Notes: a model not told the origin generated them from the sequence alone. Counted from the stretch's first letter, positions 1 to 10,732 are shown. The stretch: DNA of 58,854 nt from an uncultured Bacilli bacterium (GCA_944358775.1 CALVRU010000005.1:1-58854), one strand, 5' to 3'. Translations and numbers: made by a program.

Positions 1-47
1 AACATCATCCTCCTAGATTAATTATACCAAATTTTGTATTTTTTAAC

Positions 48-428
48 TTATCTAGTCTTTATTATAAGAGTCTTTCTTTTTTGATTGATATAGTAGCAGG
101 CTTCTTCTTTCGTAAATCCTAATTTTTGCATTGCCTCATAATAGAAGTCGACTTGTTCCTGAGCCAATTTTTCTTTTCGGGCTTGCAACAAATTTCGATT
201 ATCCGTTACAAATTTACCGGACGTTCGACGCGTTTCCACCAATTGATTATTTTCTAACTCTTGCAAAGCGCGTTGCATCGTATTCGGATTCACTTGTGTT
301 TCCATTGCCAGATCGCGAACGGATGGCAATTTTTCACCACTCGGATAAACCCCTGTTATAATTCGATATTCTAATTGTTCGACTAACTGTCGATAGATTG
401 GTCTTTCATTATCAAAATTCCACGGCAT
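48..428 (-). CDS. GntR (YtrA-subfamily) transcriptional regulator
   Basis: PIYRQL...GEKLPSVRDLA...VNPNTMQRAL winged-helix signature; start moved to ATG at 428 behind an AGAGGTG RBS. Confidence 0.9.
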   Translation of the reverse strand: MPWNFDNERPIYRQLVEQLEYRIITGVYPSGEKLPSVRDLAMETQVNPNTMQRALQELENNQLVETRRTSGKFVTDNRNLLQARKEKLAQEQVDFYYEAMQKLGFTKEEACYYINQKRKTLIIKTR

Positions 429-551
429 CTCATCACCTCTTTTTGTATTAATCAATTAATACAATAGTACACTTCTTTTTTGGGTTTGTCAATCATTTTT
501 ACAATTTCGATAGACATTTTGATTCGGATATGTTAGAATGAATTTGTTCTT

Positions 552-625
552 GCCGATTTAGTTTAGTGGTAAAACAAGTCATTGGTAATGACTAGAGGCC
601 AGTTCAATCCCGGCATTCGGCACCA
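552..625 (+). tRNA. tRNA-Thr(GGT)
   Basis: Cloverleaf with anticodon arm AGTCA-TTGGTAA-TGACT, TTCAAT T-loop, encoded CCA; one mismatch each in acceptor and T stems. Confidence 0.88.
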
Positions 626-635
626 TGATAGTAGG

Positions 636-663
636 AAAAACTTGTATCATACAAGTTTTTTTT
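636..663 (+). terminator. Intrinsic terminator after tRNA-Thr
   Basis: AAAAACTTGT-ATCAT-ACAAGTTTTT hairpin plus T run. Confidence 0.8.
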
Positions 664-680
664 CACCTTAAATTAAGGAA

Positions 681-1463
681 ATGGAGATATCTATGAAAAA
701 ATGTGATTATTATGCGAATCCAAACTACAAAATCACGCAAGAAGACTTATTGGAACGGCTAAAGTATTATAAAATGGTCTATCACTCGGATGATAGATTG
801 TATCTTTTATCCTTTATTCTTTTACAAGACTCTGTATTTCAACCAAAAGGATTTTTCGATAAATTTGAAAAAAACACTTTATTAAATGATATTATCAAAT
901 ACAACATTTGTCATCGGGCAATTCAAGTGATCGAACAGCTAGATGAACTTGAACACTCACAACTCCTTGCTCACTTTTACAATAATGACTTATCCATTCG
1001 ATATTGCTTTGATGAAGAAGATAGTTTCGAAGTCTTTCACGCTTCGTTTCCAGCTCCATTTTCTGTTTTGACGGAGCGACCTCATGTCGTCTTATACGAC
1101 ATTGATGCAACTTGGCAAAGACCGATGGCTTGTTCGCCGGAACTTTCCCAGAAATTAGTTAGTTATTATCAAGATCCCCTTCCCTCCATCTTTCAAAATG
1201 GAAAACCCCATCATGATTTCTTAACAGATCTTTCTCTACAAATTCATGCCTTTCATGAAAGGCAAAAGCAACAAATAATGGATCGTCTTGAAAAAGAAAG
1301 AATGTTCTATGAGCAATATGGTGACAAACAATGGGAAACAAGAAATACGATTGCTCTTGCTTTGCTCGATGACTGGGGTATTCCAACTTTCGAATTAGAT
1401 TCTTCCAAATATTTGATGAAAAAACTTTCTTGGATTGATCTTTATCAAAATAAAACGAGGTAG
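681..1463 (+). CDS. Hypothetical protein
   Basis: 260-aa ORF with RBS-like upstream sequence (true start may be the ATG at 693) and a downstream terminator; no motif recognised. Confidence 0.7.
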   Translation: MEISMKKCDYYANPNYKITQEDLLERLKYYKMVYHSDDRLYLLSFILLQDSVFQPKGFFDKFEKNTLLNDIIKYNICHRAIQVIEQLDELEHSQLLAHFYNNDLSIRYCFDEEDSFEVFHASFPAPFSVLTERPHVVLYDIDATWQRPMACSPELSQKLVSYYQDPLPSIFQNGKPHHDFLTDLSLQIHAFHERQKQQIMDRLEKERMFYEQYGDKQWETRNTIALALLDDWGIPTFELDSSKYLMKKLSWIDLYQNKTR

Positions 1464-1480
1464 AAATTTACCTCGTTTTT
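1452..1480. terminator. Bidirectional terminator between convergent genes
   Basis: AAAACGAGGT...ACCTCGTTTT inverted repeat. Confidence 0.75.
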
Positions 1481-3442
1481 TTAAAATTGAATATATTCTT
1501 TCGTATTATATATCTTACCGTCGATTTCTAAATAAATAGAATACTTACCAGATAGTCCTTCTTGATTGATATATCGTGTAATAACAATTCCATTTTCATT
1601 TTCTTCTTCGGTAAAAATATCCAAACATAAAGCAGTATACGGACGTTTCGTAATTCGAATCTCGTAATAATTGGCCATCAAATTTTGATACAAAATAATC
1701 TTCACATCGTTTTCTCGTTTGAATTGCCCCGTAAATACGAGACGATCTTCTTCCTTGGTAAACTTTATTTGATGACTCTGGTAATTGTCATCCGGATCCA
1801 CGGCATTATGAATCGGCCCAAATGTCCGCTTTGTAATATCTGTTTTTCCTAGGTTTCCTAATCTTTTTGCGCGACCCATCGAATAAGTGCTATCGTTATA
1901 TAAACTCATCTTCTCTACGCGATAATTATTGGTTGGTAACACAAGTTCAAAAATAACTTCATCCTGAAGAAGTTCAACCGTATCGGATACTAATCGATCA
2001 GCGCCACCAAGACCAGCCGGTTGATTGGAGTTTTTGCCATCGACATATACAATTCCACCTGAGTGAACAATATAATGCCCAGCTTCTAAATAATCGACGT
2101 CGGAAATATATGGCGAATAAAATTCACTACCCCGTTCTTTTCCATATTGCCATATTTGTTCAATCGTTTTATTTTCAGTATCGATTTTATACATTACGCC
2201 ACGCGTATAACTGCTTTCGGCAGGAACATATTCTTCTTTTTTCTTCGATTTATTGTTACCGTTATCTAAAACGAAAACATATCCTTCTGGCGTAATCATT
2301 GCCGCATGTTGACTCCATTGCCATTCAAAATCATCACCGATTGGGGTAAAGAAATATTTTTGATATTCCTCACTCCAATTGGTCGGATCCCCAATAATCC
2401 AATTTAAACTGCCATCCTCATAATTTAAATTAATCACGGCATCTTGATGCCGACCCGATAACGTAATCGAATTCGTTTTCTCGTCGTACCAAACGGAATT
2501 ATTATGAAACCAATCATAACTAGACCAGTTTTCACTTTGTCCATCTTCCATGTTTAATACGTCTTTTAAATCAAAAGTTTTTACAATTTTACCAGTATTA
2601 CGATCTAGTTCGACTATATAGTCTTCGACTGTCCCATCTTCATTATTAAAATCGTTACTTGCCACTAAAAGATTACCATTTGGTAATTCATCATAATCAT
2701 GGTGATATCCACCTGGCAAACTATATTCGACGTATATTTTACCAAGTAAATCGATTTCATATAATCCCGTCATATAATAAGGATTATTCACTAGTCTTTC
2801 GGTACTAATTAACATATGCCCGTTTGCAAGACGAGTATTATCCCATAGTGCATAATTGGATAAATACCACCGGACATCTCCATTTACGTCATACGCACAA
2901 GTATATCCTTGACTCGATGGTGTAAAAAAGTATAAATCATTCCCCAATTTTTCTTTTTGGGCCACTACTTTCGTCGGTAAAATAAAATCTTCTGGGAGGG
3001 ATTCTGTTTGAATCGAAATTGTTTTACTATGCTCCTCTCCAGATTCTGTCCGATAAGAGATGGTGATTTTATTTTCTTCTCCCGGATATAATCCATAAAT
3101 TGGCAGATAATGTTTTGTCCCTCGATCAAAGGTATTCGTATACGTTGTATTTTCATCTTTACCAGGAATAATGACCGTCGGACTTATCTCTTCTTCTGTT
3201 TCAAATAAGACAAGCGCAGTCAAAGGGGAATTATGATACGGATCTAAAATCACATTCGGTTGATCAAAGGTATATCCTTCTACTTTAAAATCCTTTTCGT
3301 ATTCTTGTTGGATCGTCACTAAACTTTTGGTTTCTATCAATTCTTTTTTATTACTCGAGTTATAATTAAGTACTCCTAAAATAACGAGTCCTGTAATTAG
3401 GATAACGCCAATAATAATCATTACTTTTTTCTTCATCTGCAA
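1481..3442 (-). CDS. Aryl-sulfate sulfotransferase (ASST family), N-terminally anchored
   Basis: N-terminal TM, PY..SPLTAL N-domain motif, YHHD..ELPNGN, DWFHNNS, SGRHQ and QHAA beta-propeller motifs. Confidence 0.88.
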   Translation of the reverse strand: MQMKKKVMIIIGVILITGLVILGVLNYNSSNKKELIETKSLVTIQQEYEKDFKVEGYTFDQPNVILDPYHNSPLTALVLFETEEEISPTVIIPGKDENTTYTNTFDRGTKHYLPIYGLYPGEENKITISYRTESGEEHSKTISIQTESLPEDFILPTKVVAQKEKLGNDLYFFTPSSQGYTCAYDVNGDVRWYLSNYALWDNTRLANGHMLISTERLVNNPYYMTGLYEIDLLGKIYVEYSLPGGYHHDYDELPNGNLLVASNDFNNEDGTVEDYIVELDRNTGKIVKTFDLKDVLNMEDGQSENWSSYDWFHNNSVWYDEKTNSITLSGRHQDAVINLNYEDGSLNWIIGDPTNWSEEYQKYFFTPIGDDFEWQWSQHAAMITPEGYVFVLDNGNNKSKKKEEYVPAESSYTRGVMYKIDTENKTIEQIWQYGKERGSEFYSPYISDVDYLEAGHYIVHSGGIVYVDGKNSNQPAGLGGADRLVSDTVELLQDEVIFELVLPTNNYRVEKMSLYNDSTYSMGRAKRLGNLGKTDITKRTFGPIHNAVDPDDNYQSHQIKFTKEEDRLVFTGQFKRENDVKIILYQNLMANYYEIRITKRPYTALCLDIFTEEENENGIVITRYINQEGLSGKYSIYLEIDGKIYNTKEYIQF

Positions 3443-3626
3443 ACTCTCCTTCTCGTTTCTATTATGATTGAATGATCAAAAAAAGCATAGCGAGAACAAG
3501 TTGTAGAAACTCAACTTATGGTTGAGTTTCACATTTTTCAAAAAATAAAACAGTGCTATACGTTATCGATGAAATTAAAAAATATGGAATTTAGCCATGC
3601 TTTTTATAATATTAAGTTTATAGTTA

Positions 3627-3743
3627 TTACGTACCGGAAAACAATATTGCCCGCGACGCATAGACTCTATTTCTGCTATCGCTACCACCACAAATGAATC
3701 AAGAATCACTTGATGCTACAAGCCATGGGATATCATCATACCA
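3627..3743 (-). pseudogene. Decayed C-terminal fragment of a C-type-lectin-fold surface protein, homologous to the end of 7453..9267
   Basis: Translates WYDDIPWLVASSDS*FICGG...VYASRAILF, in register with WYQDYQSFVNQNGPWVVRGG...YSASRATLV of the 604-aa protein. Confidence 0.6.
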
Positions 3744-3804
3744 CCTTCCTAAGTGGTTTTAGTAATCCTAAATTCGAGGGCTATTCTAACATTTTAGCAT
3801 AAAA

Positions 3805-3832
3805 AAATAACTTCCCTTACAGGAAGTTATTT
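3805..3832 (-). terminator. valS terminator
   Basis: AATAACTTCC...GGAAGTTATT hairpin with a T run on the minus strand. Confidence 0.8.
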
Positions 3833-3851
3833 CCGTTTCTCGACAAATCGA

Positions 3852-6395
3852 TTAATTTATCTGACCTTTTAATTTTTCTAATTTTTCTTTTTCTTCTTGT
3901 AACTTGACGCGATCCATTTCTACTACATGACTTGGTGCTTTTTTCACGTAATTTTCATTTTGAAGTAATTTTTCACGACGCATAATACTAGCTTCTAATT
4001 GGGCAATTTCTTTTGCAATCGCTTCTTTGATTACGGTTTCACCTTCATAATAATAAGTGATATCTACATATGTTGATTGATAATGAACGGATAATAGATC
4101 TGGAACGGCATCTTCGACTTTATTTTCTTCTTTTATTTTCAATTGTGATTCATAAACCGATAGGACATCCGAAAGGGCATGAATTAGTACTTTTGCATCT
4201 TTTCCAATATGATTATCCAATTTTAAAGAACGAATCGAAATAATATCTTTAATAACTGCATCCATTTGATTCATTTCGTTTTTAAAGATGAACTCTTCTC
4301 GTACTTTTGGATAAGTACTAATCATAATCGATTCGGCATCTTTCCATGGAAGCGCTTGATATATTTCTTCTGTCACATATGGCATAAACGGATGAAGCAT
4401 TTTTAAAATATTTACTAATACATGATACAAGACACTTTTCGTCGTTTCATTCATATTACTTTTGGAAAGTTCGATGTACCAATCACAAAAATCATCCCAA
4501 ATAAAACGATATAATAGATTTCCGACATTATGGAATTCATAATGATCCATATTTTTACGTACTTCGCGAATGACAGAATGGAGTTTCGTTAAAATCCAAC
4601 GATCGGCAAGAGTCAAATCATCGAATGTTTCTTGGACTTGCGAAAATCCTTCTAGATTCATAAGTACAAATCGTGAAGCATTCCAAAGTTTGTTGACGAA
4701 GTTCCATGTTGATTTTACTTTTTCTTCATCATAACGTAAATCCATACCTGGCGCTGTATTCGTCGTTAAGAAGAAACGAAGGGAATCGGCACCATACGTA
4801 TCGATGACATCCATTGGATCGACACCATTACCAAGCGATTTACTCATCTTTCGACCTTGACTATCCCGAACTAAGCCATGAATCAAGCAATCTTTAAATG
4901 GTCGTTTGCCCATAAATTCGACGCTTTGAATTGCCATTCGACAAACCCAGAAGAAGATAATATCATAACCGGTTACTAGCACATCGTTTGGAAAATAACG
5001 ATCTAATAATTTTTGATCCTCTGGCCAGCCAAGGGTACTAAATGGCCATAGCGCACTTGAAAACCACGTATCTAAAACATCTTCATCTTGTACCCAGCCA
5101 TCTCCTTTTGGGGCTTCCATTCCAACATACACTTCATCATTTCGATACCATGCGGGAATACGGTGACCCCACCAGAGCTGTCTTGAAATACACCAATCAT
5201 GGGCAATTTCCATCCAATGAAGAAGAATTTTTTCAAAACGTTTAGGAACAAAATGAATTTTTGTTTCTTTACTTTTCTGATTTTCCAATACTTGTTTTGC
5301 TAGTTCATCCATTTTCACAAACCATTGTTTCGATAGATAAGGTTCTACCATTACATTCGTTCGTTCCGAATGACCGACAGAATGGACCATCGGAACAATT
5401 TTAATTAAGATTCCTTCTTTTTGTAAATCTTCGACTAACTGTTTGCGACATTCAAATCGATCCATTCCACAATATTTTCCAGCATTTTCATTCATTGTTC
5501 CGTTAGGATTCATGACAATAACACGCTCTAGGTTATGACGAAGTCCTACTTCAAAATCGTTTGGATCATGCGCGGGCGTGATTTTAACGACACCGGTTCC
5601 AAATTCTGGATCGGCATGAGGATCACCGACAATTGGGATCAATTTATGAACCACTGGCAAAACAACTTTTTTTCCAATGTATTTGGCGTACCGTGGATCG
5701 TCTGGATTGACTGCTACTGCCGTATCGCCGAACAATGTTTCAGGACGAGTAGTGGCCACTTCCAAATATTCATCGCTATCTTCGATAAAATATTTCAAAT
5801 GATAAAAAGCTCCTTCTACATCCTTATAAATAACTTCTTCATTCGATAAGGCAGTCATCGCTACTGGATCCCAGTTGATGATTCTCTCTCCTCGATAAAT
5901 CCAGCCTTTTTCGTACAATTTTACAAATACTGTCCGGACTGCTTTTGATAAACCATCATCTAATGTAAAACGCTCTTTCGAGTAATCGAGACTAAGACCA
6001 AGTTTCGCCCATTGCTTGTGAATATTTTCCGCATATTCTTTTTTCCAAGCCCACGCGTGTTCTAGCCACTCTTCCCGATCCATTTTACGTGGTTCGATTC
6101 CCATTTCTTTTAATTTTTTATCTACTTTTGCCTGAGTTGCAATACCAGCATGATCCATTCCTGGAAGCCATAGAGCGTCGTATCCATCCATTCTTTTATA
6201 ACGAATGATAATATCTTGTAAAGTCGTATCCCACGCATGTCCGATATGTAATTTTCCGGTTACATTCGGAGGTGGAATTACAACACAGAACGGTTTCTTG
6301 GATAAATCTTGACCAGCTTTAAAAAAATCTCTTTCTAACCAGTAGGAATAACGGTCCTTCTCTACTTCTAAATGGTTGTATTTTTTATCTAACAT
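3852..6395 (-). CDS. valS: Valine--tRNA ligase
   Basis: [13 protein letters not shown] (HIGH), KMSKS, editing domain ATTRPET and [13 protein letters not shown]-terminal coiled coil. Confidence 0.98.
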   Translation of the reverse strand: MLDKKYNHLEVEKDRYSYWLERDFFKAGQDLSKKPFCVVIPPPNVTGKLHIGHAWDTTLQDIIIRYKRMDGYDALWLPGMDHAGIATQAKVDKKLKEMGIEPRKMDREEWLEHAWAWKKEYAENIHKQWAKLGLSLDYSKERFTLDDGLSKAVRTVFVKLYEKGWIYRGERIINWDPVAMTALSNEEVIYKDVEGAFYHLKYFIEDSDEYLEVATTRPETLFGDTAVAVNPDDPRYAKYIGKKVVLPVVHKLIPIVGDPHADPEFGTGVVKITPAHDPNDFEVGLRHNLERVIVMNPNGTMNENAGKYCGMDRFECRKQLVEDLQKEGILIKIVPMVHSVGHSERTNVMVEPYLSKQWFVKMDELAKQVLENQKSKETKIHFVPKRFEKILLHWMEIAHDWCISRQLWWGHRIPAWYRNDEVYVGMEAPKGDGWVQDEDVLDTWFSSALWPFSTLGWPEDQKLLDRYFPNDVLVTGYDIIFFWVCRMAIQSVEFMGKRPFKDCLIHGLVRDSQGRKMSKSLGNGVDPMDVIDTYGADSLRFFLTTNTAPGMDLRYDEEKVKSTWNFVNKLWNASRFVLMNLEGFSQVQETFDDLTLADRWILTKLHSVIREVRKNMDHYEFHNVGNLLYRFIWDDFCDWYIELSKSNMNETTKSVLYHVLVNILKMLHPFMPYVTEEIYQALPWKDAESIMISTYPKVREEFIFKNEMNQMDAVIKDIISIRSLKLDNHIGKDAKVLIHALSDVLSVYESQLKIKEENKVEDAVPDLLSVHYQSTYVDITYYYEGETVIKEAIAKEIAQLEASIMRREKLLQNENYVKKAPSHVVEMDRVKLQEEKEKLEKLKGQIN

Positions 6396-7140
6396 CTAAA
6401 ACACCTCTTTCTATTTTATCAAGACAAATCTTTTTATATTCTTTGAAACTTTCTTCTGCCTCTTTTGGCACCTCAATACACGAAAGATATAAATTAAAGG
6501 AATCTTCTTCAAATAGTAAATCAAAACTTTCTTCGTAATATAAGTCAAATAAATATCCAAAATAATAGATCACCGTATCGGCTTTGGTTTGCACATCTTC
6601 GAAACGAATCGGTTTTTCTTCCAAGAAATCCTTTCTTACTTTTGGTGAGACATTTCCATCAAACGTTTGCGCAAACGAAAAGGCCATTTGTTCATAGATA
6701 CCAATTTTATTCGCATCCCGAATTAAGTAAACCAACTCTAGACTATCTTTTTCGATATGATCCGGAAGCTCCAATTTGTTATGATACAGTATCGCTTGAC
6801 GAATCATCTCATCATACTTCGTATCTGTTATAAAATCACGGATATGTCCTTGTTCAAACAAGTAATCGACACCATAAGAAGCGTGATCGAATTTTTCATC
6901 TAAAAAAGAGGAAGTCTTCTTGATTTGTTCAAAGCGACCAATATCATGTAATAATCCGATGAGTTCAGCTAATAAAACTTGTTCGGTCGTATAATACAAT
7001 TCAAGTGCTAATTTACGCGCTAATTCGGCCACTCGATAACTATGACGATATTTCATTTTGATCAATGTATCTTTTAAATCGTATTGATTCACATAAGAAT
7101 CAAAAGCTAGATATGCTTGTTTTAAATCTTTTTGTTCCAT
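6385..7140 (-). CDS. HD-domain phosphohydrolase-family protein
   Basis: [25 protein letters not shown] motifs; overlaps the valS start. Confidence 0.85.
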   Translation of the reverse strand: MEQKDLKQAYLAFDSYVNQYDLKDTLIKMKYRHSYRVAELARKLALELYYTTEQVLLAELIGLLHDIGRFEQIKKTSSFLDEKFDHASYGVDYLFEQGHIRDFITDTKYDEMIRQAILYHNKLELPDHIEKDSLELVYLIRDANKIGIYEQMAFSFAQTFDGNVSPKVRKDFLEEKPIRFEDVQTKADTVIYYFGYLFDLYYEESFDLLFEEDSFNLYLSCIEVPKEAEESFKEYKKICLDKIERGVLDVR

Positions 7141-7366
7141 AAAAAAATTCCTCCTTCATATCATAAGGACGAATTTTTTCCGCGGTACCACCTTAATTCA
7201 CAAATAAACTCTGTGCTCTTCATTCTTGTAACGTCAAGGTAAACGTGACTTTCTACTGAATTCAAAAGTCCAGCTCAACTGCGACCTTCCTTTTTCTTTT
7301 GTGCTCGTTTCCACCAACCACGAGTTCTCTATGACAAAGTAAAAAGTACTCCTCAGTCTCATCGCT
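7141..7366 (-). promoter_or_regulatory. T-box riboswitch, Val specifier GTC
   Basis: T-box AAGGTGGTACCGCG (7181-7194); stem I with AGTA/GAA loop-E motif and GGTGGAA apical motif; specifier GTC at 7283-7285; terminator hairpin 7141-7178. Confidence 0.9.
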
Positions 7367-7452
7367 TTTCTTTTTTAAATTATAACGCACTTAATCGGAA
7401 AAGTAAACCCTATTTTTATCTATCAATCTACGATTCAACGAGCAATTTTTAT

Positions 7453-9267
7453 CTAGAACAATACAAGTGTTGCACGTGACGCACTGTAGGTATCCGCGTT
7501 ACCACGTCCGGTGGCAAAGTGGAAGACGCCAGCATTCGCAGTACTACCCCAGTAACCACCGCGGACAACCCAAGGACCATTTTGATTAACAAAAGACTGA
7601 TAATCTTGATACCATCCTGCCATCTCACTTAAAGCATGTCCATAACAAACTCCACCACTACATGCTGTAGTAGCATCCTCTGTTGTATACAAATTATAAT
7701 ATTGTGCAGCCGGAAATGGTATTCCAGAGGAGTAAGTACCTTCACTTAGCGCACCATTAAATCCCGAATTAAAAGTAGTACTACCACCACTTCGTGGATT
7801 TCCATTTGGATCCATTAAAACTCCCATAACGTATTCCCAAGAACCGCCACTCGTATCATAGATTCCATAGATTGTTCCAGTAGTGGATGCTCCATATCCA
7901 GTATTAGGCGTGTCATATGTAACTTGGGTATTCACAGTATCTGTACTCGGTGTTCCATTACTCATTCCTGTTATATATTCACTCGATTTATTTTGATAAA
8001 TTTCTTTATTCGCACCAGTATAATTCGGATTTCCATATTTTCCATATTTACTTTGGGATAAATAGGCAACGGAACTCCATTCACTATTTTTGCTCATGTG
8101 AACATTTCCTGAAGTACTACGAAATCCATATGGATTACTACTATTCATTTGCATACTTCGCGCAGTATAAAAGAAACTACTTACATTTTGATTTCTTAAG
8201 GAACTCACATTTGGTTTAATTACTATATTTGAAATATCACAACTTTCATTCGTACAAGCACTTGCTAAAGTTCCACCAGTTTCAAATTTGCCAACCCAGA
8301 TTCCACTTAACTCTGTTCCTCCAAAGTTGAAAGCAGGATGTACTTTATATTCCCCACTACTTGGACTTGTCGTCTCTTTTGTTATAAAATTGATCTCGAT
8401 CTCTCCTGGTTGTTCTTTGGTTCCACCCGCATATTGATCTCCTAAATTGGTATACATGTATTCATATCTTGGAATCCACACCCACATCGTGTTAATATCA
8501 TCCATCGGGATTACGGTGCCTGCTTCCGCACTCATGTACGTAGCCCGATTCTCCTCCGTTACCGTCACTGCATTCGCCCATTCTTGATTGTTATAATCGT
8601 ACCACTTACTAGAAGTATCCGCTTTGACCCAGTTCGTTCCATTATGGGTTACGGGAATCATCCCGTCGACTAATTCTGGTGGATTCGCTCCACTTTCATC
8701 TCGATACACAAACTCTCCCTGGATTCCTTCTACTACTACTTTTCCATGAAAGTGCGTTCCTAGGATCTCGTTTCCACTTGCTTCATCGATCCACACCTTC
8801 ACAACATGCGTTACACTATCCCCTGGTTGTAAATTGCCCGTCGTAATCATATAATTACTTTCTTCGATACTACTTAGTAAAAATGGCGTTCCTCCATCGA
8901 CACTGATTTTAATATTTGCTTTCGGCATTAAATGATCACTACAACCATCCGCTTGGATCATCGCTTCATCGTCCTGGATCATTACTTTATAATCACTCGG
9001 TAGTGTTCCAATATTACGAACCGTAAAGGTATACCCGTCTCCGGTCATTCCTTCCACATCCGATACAGGATATAAATTACTCAAACTAAGTGACTGCGTA
9101 TCTTCATACGACAACTGAAGAGTTCCCGCTGTCACCGTGTTATAATCTCCCTGATCACTGACATCCGAGAAAATAGCATAACTACTTCCTACCAATACAG
9201 CGACTAGTCCGAATACACAAAATGCCATAACCAAAAACTGTACTTTCCATTTTCCACTTTTCTTCAT
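7453..9267 (-). CDS. SipW/TasA-type signal-peptide surface protein with C-terminal C-type-lectin (FGE-like) domain
   Basis: Hydrophobic leader ending SSYAIFSD, TasA-like GTLQL..N.GT.P..Y domain, then MWVWIPRY, HPAF, IWVGKFE, GIYD.SGG.WEYV, RGG...SR motifs. Confidence 0.75.
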   Translation of the reverse strand: MKKSGKWKVQFLVMAFCVFGLVAVLVGSSYAIFSDVSDQGDYNTVTAGTLQLSYEDTQSLSLSNLYPVSDVEGMTGDGYTFTVRNIGTLPSDYKVMIQDDEAMIQADGCSDHLMPKANIKISVDGGTPFLLSSIEESNYMITTGNLQPGDSVTHVVKVWIDEASGNEILGTHFHGKVVVEGIQGEFVYRDESGANPPELVDGMIPVTHNGTNWVKADTSSKWYDYNNQEWANAVTVTEENRATYMSAEAGTVIPMDDINTMWVWIPRYEYMYTNLGDQYAGGTKEQPGEIEINFITKETTSPSSGEYKVHPAFNFGGTELSGIWVGKFETGGTLASACTNESCDISNIVIKPNVSSLRNQNVSSFFYTARSMQMNSSNPYGFRSTSGNVHMSKNSEWSSVAYLSQSKYGKYGNPNYTGANKEIYQNKSSEYITGMSNGTPSTDTVNTQVTYDTPNTGYGASTTGTIYGIYDTSGGSWEYVMGVLMDPNGNPRSGGSTTFNSGFNGALSEGTYSSGIPFPAAQYYNLYTTEDATTACSGGVCYGHALSEMAGWYQDYQSFVNQNGPWVVRGGYWGSTANAGVFHFATGRGNADTYSASRATLVLF

Positions 9268-9385
9268 TGGATCTCACCCTCTATTCTAATAATATTAGAT
9301 CAAAAAGGATAAAATTTGCAATCGAAGAAATTTTATGACACATTTTGTTATTCCCATATTTTTCCAAAAACTACTTTTTAAACTA

Positions 9386-10642
9386 TTATACTTCTTCCTT
9401 CATAACCGGTAATTGAATCGTTACTTTCGTTCCTTGTCCTAAAATCGATTGATACTTCAATTCTCCTTGATGAAGTTCGATAATTTCTTTCGATAACGTT
9501 ACTCCTAACCCTGTTCCTTGTTTTTTGGTCGTATAAAACATTTCCCCGATTCTTTCCAATGTCTCTTCATCCATTCCGATTCCATCATCTTCTAAAGTAA
9601 TCGTACACATTCCATCTTTTTGTTCCGCCCGTAGTTTTAAATGCAATGTTTTTTTCTCTTTTTTCGCTTCTTTTGCGTTCTTAAATAGATTGATGAAGAC
9701 TTGCTTTAATCGATTATAATCGCCATAACAGTACAATTCATCATCTGGGATTTTAAAATCTGTTTTAATTCCACGTTGTTCCAATAATGGTTTTAACTGT
9801 GAGACAGTATCTTCTAGTAAATAATATAGATCCATCGGTTCTTTTTCTACTTTTACTTTCGTATAATCTAGAAAATCGTCCATTAAAGTTAAGGTGCGCG
9901 CAATTTCTTTTTGAATAATCGGAATATACTGATGTACTTTTGGAGAATCATTCAGATCTAACATATCTAAATAGCCTTTGCATACGGCAATCGGATTTTT
10001 TATTTCATGAGTGATCTTGAACAAAGCAGAGCGAAGACTTTTTTCTTTTTCTAAACTGCGCATTGCTTGGTTTAAATCCATGATCTCTTCACCTTTTTCC
10101 AATAGATAGAATGCCGCATATGAGATAAAGTATAGTAATAGTACACCGATCAATATATTGCGGAAATTAATCCAGAACGGATCCATAACATTCGTAAAAT
10201 AATAGGTTTGAAGAGATAATAAAAACGCTTTAATAATGACGAACGTGTGGATGACAAAATTTCTTGTTAATTTCTGATGATCGACTAAAGCGAATAAAAT
10301 ATAATATAACGTATATTCTAATAACACGCCATAAAAATTGTATTTTAAAGCAAATGTGCTATAAAGTACTAATAAAATCGATAAGAAAATCGAAGTAAAA
10401 TTTCTTTTTTTATAGTAACTGATCAATAATGGAATATTAAATAATACTGTAATGTAAACATTTTCCTCATTTAGCATTCCATAGCGCATCGTAATATAAA
10501 GTGACGAAATGAGTGCTAAACTCAAAAACAAATTATTTTCCTTTTCATTTATATTTTCTCGATATGCCACATACACCAAATAAATCAATAATGGTGAAGC
10601 GACGAGAATCGAATTAATGATAACTGAATCTAAAAACGACAT
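9386..10642 (-). CDS. Membrane sensor histidine kinase (KinB-like, orphan)
   Basis: Multi-TM N-terminus, H-box THEIKNP, N-box NLFKNA, DDGIG, FYTTK, GTGLG; start moved to ATG behind GAAGGAAGGG. Confidence 0.9.
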   Translation of the reverse strand: MSFLDSVIINSILVASPLLIYLVYVAYRENINEKENNLFLSLALISSLYITMRYGMLNEENVYITVLFNIPLLISYYKKRNFTSIFLSILLVLYSTFALKYNFYGVLLEYTLYYILFALVDHQKLTRNFVIHTFVIIKAFLLSLQTYYFTNVMDPFWINFRNILIGVLLLYFISYAAFYLLEKGEEIMDLNQAMRSLEKEKSLRSALFKITHEIKNPIAVCKGYLDMLDLNDSPKVHQYIPIIQKEIARTLTLMDDFLDYTKVKVEKEPMDLYYLLEDTVSQLKPLLEQRGIKTDFKIPDDELYCYGDYNRLKQVFINLFKNAKEAKKEKKTLHLKLRAEQKDGMCTITLEDDGIGMDEETLERIGEMFYTTKKQGTGLGVTLSKEIIELHQGELKYQSILGQGTKVTIQLPVMKEEV

Positions 10643-10732
10643 ATAATCCCTTCCTTCTACAATTTTCACTTTCATTATATGTCGTTTTTCTGTCATAAAT
10701 TGTCGAAAAAAGAAAAAAAGTGATGAAATTCA

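Noticed and set aside
3505-3529. Hairpin GAAACTCAAC-TTATG-GTTGAGTTTC resembling the IS30 target hairpin
   Set aside because: The similarity is short and AT-rich and no IS ends are nearby; probably an ordinary terminator or operator.
3699-3701. TGA aligned to Trp suggesting genetic code 4
   Set aside because: Several intact genes here stop at TGA (for example 10733, 17179, 50716) and Trp is encoded by TGG; a nonsense mutation is simpler.
3627-3743. Fragment as the functional DGR template repeat
   Set aside because: Not AAY-rich, differences from the candidate VR are not confined to adenines, 16 codons are missing and no RT is adjacent.
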